DNA of 64,000 bases from an uncultured Verrucomicrobiae bacterium (GTDB lineage: Bacteria; Verrucomicrobiota; Verrucomicrobiia; Chthoniobacterales; UBA10450). Of this stretch, positions 20,215-29,344 are shown one piece after another. The stretch's first letter is position 1, and each line of letters starts with the position of its first letter. The stretch lies in assembly GCA_963772365.1 (NCBI GenBank), contig CAVYXA010000001.1:1408001-1472000 (forward strand), in the 5' to 3' direction. The position numbers and the translations under genes are program-made. A model generated the notes under the pieces. It saw nothing but the letters and a program-made list of their open reading frames with translations, did not search any database and was not told the DNA's origin.

Positions 20215-21491
20215 GAAGTAGACATCTTACCTGCGATCACTTCCCGTGCCATTTCCACGAGACGCTGCCGATAAATTTTCCAAGGATTAGCAGCGGCTTT
20301 TTGCTGCGCGGCAGACTTCATCGTCATCAAGCGGGCCGAATCTCCGGCCAGGATGTCGATCTTCTCAGCGATCGCTTCGGCGGAGCGAATCGGCACAATG
20401 AAACCGTCAACGCCGTTCTCGATGATGTCCGGACCGGCGGTGTGGTCGGTAGTGATAACCGGTGTTCCCTGAGCCATCGCTTCCAAGATGACCAAACCAA
20501 ATCCCTCGAATAGCGAAGGAAAAACAAGCAGGTCGTGTTCGTGCATCTCCTGCAAGACGCGATTGTGAGGGAGAGTCGGAATCCAGCGATACTTGCGAAC
20601 GGCAGCGTCCAACGGTTGGCAGTCCGATGCCGCTTTGCGGCCGAGCAATGTTAGATCGACAGAATTCTTCAGCATCCCGATCGCACTCAGGAGATACGAC
20701 AATCCTTTACGTTGGCCTAACGATCCAGCAAACAGCACTTTTAATCGGCCGGCCGGTTTCCTGATCTGAGGCGAAACCGGCACTGGCGCGCCGTATGGAA
20801 TTACATCGATTACCAACCTTTTTCCTTCCCTCACTGCCGTGCTTCGCACGTGCGTCTCTCCCGCAGGGAGGGAGGTAGAGAGAGTTAACCGCGTGTCGTG
20901 GTCAAAGTCCGCAAGCGTGTTTTTCGTGAAGGTGCTTGCCACGATCACGTGCTGGGCCAGCCCCAGTTCTTCATCTTTGCGCGCTAGTTTTTCTGCGCTG
21001 TCTTTGGTGCCGGTCAAAGTGACGGCCCATTCCGGCTCGCGTTCTTTTTCCTCGGCAAAAATGCGTTGGGCGGTTCGCCAGTAGCCTATCGGCAAATCAT
21101 ACACACGAGGGATGCCGCGCTCTGTAGCTGCCTGGAATGTCTCCAGCGCGGAATCTTCGTAAGCGTAAACGATGTCACAATGGTCGATCTTGCGAAGTCG
21201 CGCGGCCACCTTCTTGTCCAGTTGGCTGCTGACCGAATCCAAATCGAACGCGCCTGTGGTCAAACGAACAGCTTCGCGAAATGGGACCGTGTGGATCCTC
21301 GATTGAACCGAGGCCGGATAGGACCGCCGGGCCAAGAGTTGTCGAAGTTCCTTGGGCAATAAACGATGAACCAGACCATTTGTATCCCAATTCAGAGTCG
21401 TCCAGAATTCGCCCAGCATTCCGGCTTCCTCGAAGGCAATCAGCGCCTGGCGGACGAATTCGTTACCAGTGGGATGAGAAAGCAAGATCAT
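20211..21491 (-). CDS. GT4 glycosyltransferase with in-frame palindrome insert
   Basis: FAGSLGQRKG, FPSLFEGFGLVILEAMAQG. Confidence 0.9.
   Translation of the reverse strand: MILLSHPTGNEFVRQALIAFEEAGMLGEFWTTLNWDTNGLVHRLLPKELRQLLARRSYPASVQSRIHTVPFREAVRLTTGAFDLDSVSSQLDKKVAARLRKIDHCDIVYAYEDSALETFQAATERGIPRVYDLPIGYWRTAQRIFAEEKEREPEWAVTLTGTKDSAEKLARKDEELGLAQHVIVASTFTKNTLADFDHDTRLTLSTSLPAGETHVRSTAVREGKRLVIDVIPYGAPVPVSPQIRKPAGRLKVLFAGSLGQRKGLSYLLSAIGMLKNSVDLTLLGRKAASDCQPLDAAVRKYRWIPTLPHNRVLQEMHEHDLLVFPSLFEGFGLVILEAMAQGTPVITTDHTAGPDIIENGVDGFIVPIRSAEAIAEKIDILAGDSARLMTMKSAAQQKAAANPWKIYRQRLVEMAREVIAGKMSTS
20828..20875. repeat. CCCTCAC..CTCTCCC..GGGAG palindromic repeat, in frame in a GT gene
   Basis: Shares CCCTCAC, GCTTCGC and CTCTCCC/GGGAG blocks with copies at 37869 and 50892. 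Confidence 0.65.
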
Positions 21492-21536
21492 CCAGTGTTA
21501 TTTTACAGCTCGTTCACGGCGTGATGGATGCTGGCC

Positions 21537-21685
21537 TGGGTAGCGCACGCGTCTCGCGTGCCGGCGAGCGCGTCCTCGTGATCGCGAACTTCGCTGAAAC
21601 GCCTGTCACAATCAAAATGAGCGCACAAGGAAAGACTGTTTCGGCGCGACGCCGAAACCGGCGCGCGAGACGCGCGCGCTACCCA
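21537..21685. mobile_element. 149-bp MITE/REPIN-like element with GTAG-type inverted ends
   Basis: Left TGGGTAGCGCACGCGTCTCGCGTGCCGG matches the reverse complement of the right end at 26/28; internal GTTTCGGCG/CGCCGAAAC hairpin; intergenic. Confidence 0.8.
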
Positions 21686-21705
21686 ATCCGACGAATTTGC
21701 ATCCA

Positions 21706-22746
21706 TCATCTTTGTTCGATCAGCCCAAGGTAAGCAGAAGCGATTGCGTCCCTCCGAAATTTCGCCAGATGCGACTGGGCATTCTCGCGCAAGAATCCGA
21801 TTTTTGCCGGATCAAGAAGCAGCTCTTTCAAGCGGGCAGCGAGCGCATGTTCATCTCCATTGGGAAATATGAGCCCGCACGGTCCGATCGCTTCCTTCAA
21901 GCCGCCTTCAGCGGATCCGACGACGACGCAGCCACAGGCGATTCCTTCCAAAGCAACGATTCCGAACGGCTCGGCCCAGCGTGAGGGAACAATCAAAATC
22001 CGATGGCGATTGAGTAACTCGGCGAGCTCAGATCCAACCTGTTTACCTGCGAACGTGACTTGTCGATCCAAATTCAAGGCCTGCGTAAGCTGTCGGAGAT
22101 TCCCTTCTTCCGGGCCGCTACCAATGATACTCAGGTCCGGCTCAAGGCCATCATTCTGTAAAATCTTCATCGCTTGCAGAAGAAGATCGACACCCTTATC
22201 GGAGACCAGCCGTCCAGCGAATACGAGCGTCTTGTCGCGCGGAATGTTCGACAGCAGTCGAAACGTCTGATGATCATATGGATTGTAAATCACACGAATT
22301 GAGGATTGTAGGGCAAGCGCTCCGCCTGCCAGGGCAACTGGTGCGGCCGCCCTACAAATGTCCCCGCGAATCGCTTCGCTGATTGCGACGTTCGTCACGC
22401 GCGATAGCAATGCGCGTTTGATGCGATTGTTCCAGCCGATTTTCCCGGCGTGACTCCGAAGCCAGGTTTGATGGACGACAATGCTGCGTTTTCCAAGGAA
22501 TAGCGCCGGTATCAGACTGCGTAGGCTGATGTTATTCTGAAAAAAGAGATCGCACCAGGAAAGGAGGCCAAGCAGTTTCCTGAGGGAGGGACCTCGTGTG
22601 ATGCGGTCTTCAAAATCGCCGGGAGTCTCTGTGATCACTTCGATTTCATGGCCTGCCTTGGCGAATTGTTGGGCCAGAATCGTCGAGACCGATTCAATCC
22701 CGCCCACATCTGGTGAAAATGTGTAGGAAGAGAAAAGGATCTTCAT
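21706..22746 (-). CDS. GT4 glycosyltransferase with in-frame REP doublet
   Basis: MKILFSSYTFSPDVGGIE start; FAGRLVSDKG, EPFGIVALEGIACG. Confidence 0.9.
   Translation of the reverse strand: MKILFSSYTFSPDVGGIESVSTILAQQFAKAGHEIEVITETPGDFEDRITRGPSLRKLLGLLSWCDLFFQNNISLRSLIPALFLGKRSIVVHQTWLRSHAGKIGWNNRIKRALLSRVTNVAISEAIRGDICRAAAPVALAGGALALQSSIRVIYNPYDHQTFRLLSNIPRDKTLVFAGRLVSDKGVDLLLQAMKILQNDGLEPDLSIIGSGPEEGNLRQLTQALNLDRQVTFAGKQVGSELAELLNRHRILIVPSRWAEPFGIVALEGIACGCVVVGSAEGGLKEAIGPCGLIFPNGDEHALAARLKELLLDPAKIGFLRENAQSHLAKFRRDAIASAYLGLIEQR
22306..22357. repeat. Inverted GTAG-REP doublet inside CDS
   Basis: TTGTAGGGC ... GCCCTACAA ends, each half forming a small hairpin. Confidence 0.75.
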
Positions 22747-23699
22747 CAGGAGGCACTTGATAGTCTCAATCGCACTCGCAGGAAACGCGGAAGATAGGAG
22801 AGCAGAAGCGCAGCCATTGAGCGCCAATTGAATTGTGTCTGTAGGGATTTCAGGAAGCATTGTCGCGCCTCGTCCGCCTGGTTGAAATACAATTTGTCGC
22901 GACCCAAAAGAAAGATCGTCCCAGCCAGACTCCATTGCAGAAACGCTCTCGAGTTTGGAAACCAATTGCGGTCGAGCAGCTGCGAAAAAAAATAAACTTG
23001 ATTAGCACACCTGTCCGGACTGCGTCGGGCAGTCTCAGAACGTGAATGCACCCGGTAACGGGTGAGACGTGTGGGAACGTAGTAAAATTTCCCTCCAGAA
23101 GCAGCAAGCATACAACCGATCCAGAGATCGTACCAATTCGATACCTCGTCAGTAATCAATGACAGATCGATTGCGTCTTTTCTGAAAAGAGACGCCATTG
23201 CCATCGGCACGCTGCGTTGGACGAGTAAAATATTTTCGACGTCGGCTACATCGCCTTCCGGAAGTCTGACGCGACCGTATCGGCTAGTGTTGTGGTCTGT
23301 TTCCTCTGGATCGATGGAACCATCTTCAGAGATGATCCAATGATCGCTGAATGCGAGCACACGGCGTCGGTCCTGCTGGAGAGGCGGAACAAGTTCAGAG
23401 AGAAAATTGTTTTCCCACACGTCATCGTCATTGAGGACCGAGATGAACTCGCCGTTCGCCGCCGCGATTGCGCAGCGTACACTTGCCGCGATTCCAAGCG
23501 TGCTTGGATTTGCTCGATACTGAATCTGACTTTTTGTCGCAAAAGGCTCACAGATCGAGCGAGCTGCATCAGTGCTGGAGTCATCCGCCACGATGATCTC
23601 TCGTGGGCGGTTCGTCTGTGTGATCACGCTCTCCAGTGCTTCTCTAAGAAAATCCAACCTTTTATAAACCGTAACAATGACTGAGACACCGCTACTCAT
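22746..23699 (-). CDS. GT2 glycosyltransferase
   Basis: VSVIVTVYKR, IIVADDSSTD, VLNDDD motifs. Confidence 0.9.
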   Translation of the reverse strand: MSSGVSVIVTVYKRLDFLREALESVITQTNRPREIIVADDSSTDAARSICEPFATKSQIQYRANPSTLGIAASVRCAIAAANGEFISVLNDDDVWENNFLSELVPPLQQDRRRVLAFSDHWIISEDGSIDPEETDHNTSRYGRVRLPEGDVADVENILLVQRSVPMAMASLFRKDAIDLSLITDEVSNWYDLWIGCMLAASGGKFYYVPTRLTRYRVHSRSETARRSPDRCANQVYFFSQLLDRNWFPNSRAFLQWSLAGTIFLLGRDKLYFNQADEARQCFLKSLQTQFNWRSMAALLLSYLPRFLRVRLRLSSAS

Positions 23700-23716
23700 A
23701 AAAAGATGTTGCCCCG

Positions 23717-24742
23717 CTACGTGTAGCCTTGCCACACACTCCGCAGCATCTGTTTCCGTTTCGCGAATTTTTGTTTCGCATTGGGATCGTGTCTCGATCT
23801 CGATGCAAGGATCGCTGCTTCAATGGCGTGGCGACCAAAAAGCAACGGCTTGAGCAATTCAGCGGATGCTCCGCGATGGCGTTTCAGAACCCGAAGGCGG
23901 CTTTTGTGGAAATCGATCACGCGATTGGCCGACCAGGCCGAGGTTTGCTGCAGATTATCGTGAAGGACGCCATCGGTGGCAACGACGGCCATTTTCCATC
24001 CGAGCTTGGCTGCGCGCCAGGCCCAATCCACATCGCTATCTGAAAACGGAAAGCTTTTTGCATCGAGCCCGGCAGTCCGCTCCCAGGCGGTGCGCCGGAT
24101 AAGAAGCGGGCTAGTAAAAACGACATCGCAAAGACGCCAGCGAATCCCTTGCGTTTCCTCCCAGGGCGAATCGTTGGGCCGAAGCAAATCCCAACGGGCA
24201 GTGAGATTTTGTCCGAGAACAAGTGAGTGATAACTCGGAAAACGCATTCCATAACCGCAAGGCTGGCCACTATGCAATCGAACGGTGAATCCGGCGGCGC
24301 CAAGCTGCGGATGCGCTTTGAGAAGTGATATTGCTTGGAGCAAAGGATCGACATCGGCGATCCAATTATCGGTTTCGTAGAGAAACAGCCATTCGCTATC
24401 TGGAAATTGGGCCAGGGCCGCTGCGCATCCGGCATTTACTCCATCGCTGAACGAATTGGGTTGCTTATTCGGGAAGCTGTCAGCTTCCCCTACAATCTCA
24501 TCTGACGCAGGGTTGAGGATGATAAGATTGTCGGCGGGATTTTGATTACGCCAGGTTTCGAGGAATTCCTTGCTCCCATCCGTTGAACCGGCGTCAAAGA
24601 CGATAATGGCCGAGCCGAATGGTGCGGTTCGCAAAGCCCGCGTGAGTGATTCGATGGCCTTTTGCAGAAGTGGCCGCCGATTGAAGGAATTGACGATCGC
24701 TACCAGCTCAATCTTTTCATTATGCGGTGCGAATTCGTTCAT
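23717..24742 (-). CDS. GT2-like glycosyltransferase
   Basis: IVNSFNR, VFDAGSTDGS, FSDGVNAG, SDVDW. Confidence 0.8.
   Translation of the reverse strand: MNEFAPHNEKIELVAIVNSFNRRPLLQKAIESLTRALRTAPFGSAIIVFDAGSTDGSKEFLETWRNQNPADNLIILNPASDEIVGEADSFPNKQPNSFSDGVNAGCAAALAQFPDSEWLFLYETDNWIADVDPLLQAISLLKAHPQLGAAGFTVRLHSGQPCGYGMRFPSYHSLVLGQNLTARWDLLRPNDSPWEETQGIRWRLCDVVFTSPLLIRRTAWERTAGLDAKSFPFSDSDVDWAWRAAKLGWKMAVVATDGVLHDNLQQTSAWSANRVIDFHKSRLRVLKRHRGASAELLKPLLFGRHAIEAAILASRSRHDPNAKQKFAKRKQMLRSVWQGYT
24471..24495 (-). repeat. GTAG-type REP palindrome inside CDS
   Basis: Minus strand TTGTAGGGGAAGCTGACAGCTTCCC. Confidence 0.65.
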
Positions 24743-24746
24743 CGAG

Positions 24747-25862
24747 CTAATTGTTCACACCAGAGTTGCTGGAATGAAGGCCGAGAGCGGATGCGATTCC
24801 GTGTGCCAGATGCGAGGAGGTCGCCTGTCGATGGTACCAGGCATAAATCTCATTCGCGATCTGTTGTCGCTCCTCCGGAAGATGGAAGCGATCAGCGAGA
24901 ATGAAATAAGGGCCAGGCAAAGCATCGTCGGCCAGGGTGATTCTTGAAGCGGCATGAGGCAAAATCGTGATGACGCCGTGAGCGCAGGCCGCCGCAAAAA
25001 CACCGGATTTCAAGAGTGCGTCACCGGGCACATTGGCGCGATGAAAATAATCGAGCCAGGCAAACGAACAGCTGGAAAGAATTTGTGATGCATCCGCGGC
25101 GGTGATTTCCGGGTGATATTCAACGCGAAGATTTGTTGTAGCGGCGCTCTGTGAGCGTCGCCATCTGCCAGATCGAGACTTGCGACGGTCACAGACCGCC
25201 GCTACAAGCATCCGCACCGCGGGATTTTCCTGGCCGGCGATCACGAAAACTTCTTCGGGCCGGATTTCCTTTGGGATTCGATCGAAAATTCCGAGAAACG
25301 AGCGCACTGATCGTTCGACCAGCAGAGTTCCGCCGCAAATGACCCATCGGTGTGTAGAGCGATTGGCAATTTGATCGGCCGAGAGCGACGGTTCGCCAAA
25401 GTTCGAGAAGACAGGATGGATTTTGATCTCCGCATCCGGCGCAAGAGCGCGAAGCTGCCGAAGTAATAGCTCACTGCTGACAATGCAGACGTCGGACGCA
25501 CCTGCGATTGTTCTGGCAATCCGCTTTTGAAGCGGCTCTAGCCAAAATGCGCTCTTCCACGGTGGGCCCGAAGCATACAACTCGTGAAAAATTGCAACCA
25601 ACCGCCCCGGGCATTTCCTGCAAAGCTTCCGCAGCATCGACGGGAGCGCGAAGGGGACGCCGCGTTTTTGATAGCCGTAATTGACGTAATGAAGAATGAT
25701 GTGCTCAAAGCCGCCGTCAGAGAACGATGTGTCGGGCGTGGTGAAGATCGTATCGTATGAAAAGATCTCCCTTAATCGTTCGGCAAGAATGGAAGCGTAA
25801 TCGCCGACACCGTCCGATGTTCCAGGCATTTTGGGGACAATCTGAAGAATCGTCCTGGTCAT
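24747..25862 (-). CDS. Glycosyltransferase-like protein (GT-B type) with in-frame REP doublet
   Basis: DGVGDYA, LHYVNYGYQKRG, FHELYA, KSGVFAAACAHG; operon context. Confidence 0.7.
   Translation of the reverse strand: MTRTILQIVPKMPGTSDGVGDYASILAERLREIFSYDTIFTTPDTSFSDGGFEHIILHYVNYGYQKRGVPFALPSMLRKLCRKCPGRLVAIFHELYASGPPWKSAFWLEPLQKRIARTIAGASDVCIVSSELLLRQLRALAPDAEIKIHPVFSNFGEPSLSADQIANRSTHRWVICGGTLLVERSVRSFLGIFDRIPKEIRPEEVFVIAGQENPAVRMLVAAVCDRRKSRSGRWRRSQSAATTNLRVEYHPEITAADASQILSSCSFAWLDYFHRANVPGDALLKSGVFAAACAHGVITILPHAASRITLADDALPGPYFILADRFHLPEERQQIANEIYAWYHRQATSSHLAHGIASALGLHSSNSGVNN
25136..25207. repeat. 72-bp inverted GTAG-REP doublet inside CDS
   Basis: TTGTAGCGGCGCTCTGTGAGCGTCGC matches the reverse complement of the right arm at 24/26. 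Confidence 0.85.
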
Positions 25863-27040
25863 TCTGAACGCCGCAACTTTTCCAGTGCGGCACGATATTT
25901 GTGGGCCGTGTCGGATGCGATCTTGTCCCAGCGAAATTCATCCGCGCGCGATCGACAGCGTGCCGCAAGCTTTTCATAATCGGCTACGGTCATGCGCAGA
26001 ATTTCTACGGCACGATCGGCAATTGCTGCCGCATCGCCGCACGGCACGAGGGATGCGGCACCGAAAGGTTGCAATATCTGACGCGGTCCAGCGACGTCAT
26101 ACGCGACAGTAGGAATCGCGCAGGCGAGCTGTTCGAGGACGGCGAGTCCGAAACCTTCGATGTAGCTGGGGAAAATTCCTACGGCGCAGGGTCTGAGAAG
26201 AACTGGCAGCTCTTTGCGATCAAACGTCGAAACGACGCGAATGTTGCTGCTGTTGTCGAGCAGAAGATCGCTCAGGACCGTTCGGCTATCGTTCATTGTC
26301 CCTAGAAAAGTGAAACGCGCATCCGGTATGGCGCTGCGAACACGAACGATAATTTTGCGCCAATCACGCGATCCTTTGCGCAATCCCCACATCCCGACAA
26401 AACAGATTTCCTTTCCTTGCAACCGAACGCCGGCAGGTTGAATCGCATTCGCCAGTGCAGTCCGCTCCATTTCGTTGAGACCGTTAGGCTCGACGATGAA
26501 TGGTTTTTCTATGACCGGGGATTCTCGGAGGAATGGAATCTCGTCACTGTTCAGCAAGTTAATCAAATCGCAGTGACGAAGAGAAGCTTCGCGATCCTGG
26601 TGAACACGATGATAAATAAACCGATAGAAAAATCGCCCAAGAAATTTCCCGCGCGGCTGATCCGGCCATTGCCGGTGACTGAAGGCGGAGAATTTGTCAT
26701 AGGCGCGATGAAGGCCGACCGATCGGGCGACTAGCAAACCATCGAAGCCCAAGCGCTTTTTTGAAAATGGCAGAGCGCCGATCAGCGCATCGATCACATC
26801 AAAGCGGGAAGCATTGTTGCGAACGAACCGCAGGGCCTGTCTCCGGAACGACATCTGGCGCAAGGCCGACAGCCAGGAGGATCCGAGTGGAGCCGGGCAG
26901 GCATCCGTCAGGCTAAATTTTTTGACCGTGTGCCCGGCAGCCTCCCATTCGTCCGCGAGATCAATCCAGACGCGGGAGGCTCCAAAACGAGGATCCCACG
27001 GAAGATCGAAGATTGAGAGAATCCGAAGCGGTTTATCCAT
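25859..27040 (-). CDS. GT4 glycosyltransferase
   Basis: FVGMWGLRKG, FPSYIEGFGLAVLEQLAC. Confidence 0.88.
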   Translation of the reverse strand: MDKPLRILSIFDLPWDPRFGASRVWIDLADEWEAAGHTVKKFSLTDACPAPLGSSWLSALRQMSFRRQALRFVRNNASRFDVIDALIGALPFSKKRLGFDGLLVARSVGLHRAYDKFSAFSHRQWPDQPRGKFLGRFFYRFIYHRVHQDREASLRHCDLINLLNSDEIPFLRESPVIEKPFIVEPNGLNEMERTALANAIQPAGVRLQGKEICFVGMWGLRKGSRDWRKIIVRVRSAIPDARFTFLGTMNDSRTVLSDLLLDNSSNIRVVSTFDRKELPVLLRPCAVGIFPSYIEGFGLAVLEQLACAIPTVAYDVAGPRQILQPFGAASLVPCGDAAAIADRAVEILRMTVADYEKLAARCRSRADEFRWDKIASDTAHKYRAALEKLRRSE

Positions 27041-27884
27041 TTAATGTTAGCCGGGCGAAATGCGTCCAGAATTTGTGGCGCAGTGGATTGACGTAGTGCC
27101 GCATGGCAATTGGTTTTCCAGCGTAGTTATCTCGATATCGGAATTCATCGTCGCTCTGCAGGACATATTTTTCAGGATCGAACGGCTGGGCACCATTCAG
27201 ATGCATCGTCAGATGAACGATCGTCTGAGTGGTAAAAAAATTCGGAGCGCCATCAAGTTGGAGAAGTCGCTCCAGGCCCAAGGCCCAGTCGAGTTTTTGA
27301 AACAGAAGCAGAAAGCCGGCGTTCACTGGATCTTTTTTTTCGAGTGGATCGTGAATCAATCGTTCGTCGCCGGAGAAGTGACAATCGGCAAGATAAAGCG
27401 CCGGTTTTTCTCGAACTGCCGCGCGGAACACCAGATCTGATGCGCCTGAGAAAAATAGGACATCGGAATCGACGTATAACGCGGGACCATCGATCGCCAG
27501 CGACATGATCACTGCGAGCTGTTTACCCATCTCATGGTTCGCCAGGTACTGAACGATCGCTTGGGGAAGTTCGTGCGGGATCGGCACTCCTGTTTCCACT
27601 TTTATCACGGGATCAATTTTCTCAAGCAGATCGATGCTTTCTCGTGTGTGCGTTCCATCGGACACAACAATGAAGCGGTTGGGCCGTCCCGCGAACCGGA
27701 GAAAGGATCGAATCGAGGCGACTTGTTCTGGTAACGTGCCTTCATTGGAATAAGCAAAAACATCGATGTCGATCTTGCGAGGCGATTCGATCCTGCGGCG
27801 AACAATCGATGGTAGGATGGATTGATAGAATCGACGTGTTATCCGCCCTTCCAAACGAGCGAGGTGATAGGGGTAATTGATCAT
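27033..27884 (-). CDS. Putative GT-A fold transferase
   Basis: YVDSDVLFF DxD motif, VNAGF, late HY; operon context. Confidence 0.6.
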   Translation of the reverse strand: MINYPYHLARLEGRITRRFYQSILPSIVRRRIESPRKIDIDVFAYSNEGTLPEQVASIRSFLRFAGRPNRFIVVSDGTHTRESIDLLEKIDPVIKVETGVPIPHELPQAIVQYLANHEMGKQLAVIMSLAIDGPALYVDSDVLFFSGASDLVFRAAVREKPALYLADCHFSGDERLIHDPLEKKDPVNAGFLLLFQKLDWALGLERLLQLDGAPNFFTTQTIVHLTMHLNGAQPFDPEKYVLQSDDEFRYRDNYAGKPIAMRHYVNPLRHKFWTHFARLTLNG

Positions 27885-29204
27885 TGCGGCGCCGGCTCAG
27901 TCCACGAGCGGAAACCGCGATAACTGAGGAATGCATTCACGAGCAGACTCGGGAAACCGGAAACGAGATTAAAGGTCAGAACCCCGGCCACGCTCGAGAA
28001 ATCGGTGAAAGGAATCAGAGCGATTTGCGTTGCGAGTGTAAGAGGAATGTAAAGCCATGCGCCCTTGACCCAGGCTTTCGACGCGTTCAGCGACCACAAC
28101 GCTCCCGCCATTGCCGAAATGACCGTGCCACCAACCATCAACAGCAATTCGCGCTCGAGATGTGCGTATTTGTTACCGAGAACAAGCAGGAATTCTCTTG
28201 GGAAAAAATCGGCACCGGCCAGGATCACAATACAAAATGCCCCGACTCCACCAATGATGCCGAGGTAAAGCAGACCCAGTTTTCGCTTTTCCTGAGCGCG
28301 CGCAAAAGCGGGCACAAAGATGTTCGTGAGCAAATTGCTGAGGACCGCAAATATCATGGCGAGCCGGCCGAGAGCGCCGACTTCAGCGACAGATATCGCG
28401 CGCTGGGCAAAAACGCTGATGAGAAAAACGGTGATGTGTCCCTGGAGCGCGTAGAAAATCGCGTTTGGAGCGAGATGCTTTGTCAGCCGTAGAATTTCTT
28501 GTCGATCCTCCGGGTTTTGTGACGCGCGGAGATCGATTGCCCGCGCCGCATAATTGCGAAGCATCGCATACTGTAAAAATAATGCGGCTGAGCCGACCGC
28601 GACAGCGACCCCGGCGTTGAGAAAAAAATAGGCGAGCGCGAGGAAGTACGAAAAAGCGAGCGATCGCGCCAGTGAAATCGATTTGCTGGATACGCTTGAT
28701 ATCGGAGCGAAGCCGGGGAACAACGGTGAACACGCCGAGCGACAATTGAACCAGAAGTCCAGCCAGGACGAGGACGATCAGGATCGTTGAATAAAAAAGC
28801 GAGGCGCCATTTCGAGCCAACAAGAAATAAGCGAACGGAGCGACGACGATCACGGCAATGGCACCAAACGTTTTCCGAAGCTGCAGCGCAGCGTTGATCA
28901 ACTGTCCGAAGCGATGTCGATCCTGCCACACGCGCCCACCGATGGAGATCAAGCCAACGCTGATGCCAATATCGGCCAGCAGATTCATCGTGCCCTGGAT
29001 CGTGTTGGCGATCGTGTAGTAGGCGTATTGACGCTGCTCCAAGGTGCGGACAATCAGGATCCCGCTGCCAAAACCGATGATCTGCACGAGTCCCTGGACG
29101 ATCGCAAAATTGCCTACAATTTTGACACGTTGAAGCGCCCATCGAAAAGCTGGCGACGATGTCTCCCCTGATGCTGGTGAGGAAATAGGGCCAAACAAAT
29201 TCAT
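27881..29204 (-). CDS. Wzx-like polysaccharide flippase, frameshift near 28643
   Basis: Two overlapping hydrophobic ORFs join into ~440 aa; LADIGIS motif; many TMs. Confidence 0.7.
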
Positions 29205-29344
29205 GGCGCAATCATTTGCTCAAGAGAGCAATGAGCGGGCAAAGTGCCAACAAGAATTGTGACCGCCGGTATAAGGAGAGACACCGGCTGTTATTGTCCC
29301 GCTGTCATGTTGAAGCGATCGCGTAAATCGCCAGCGTGATTTAC

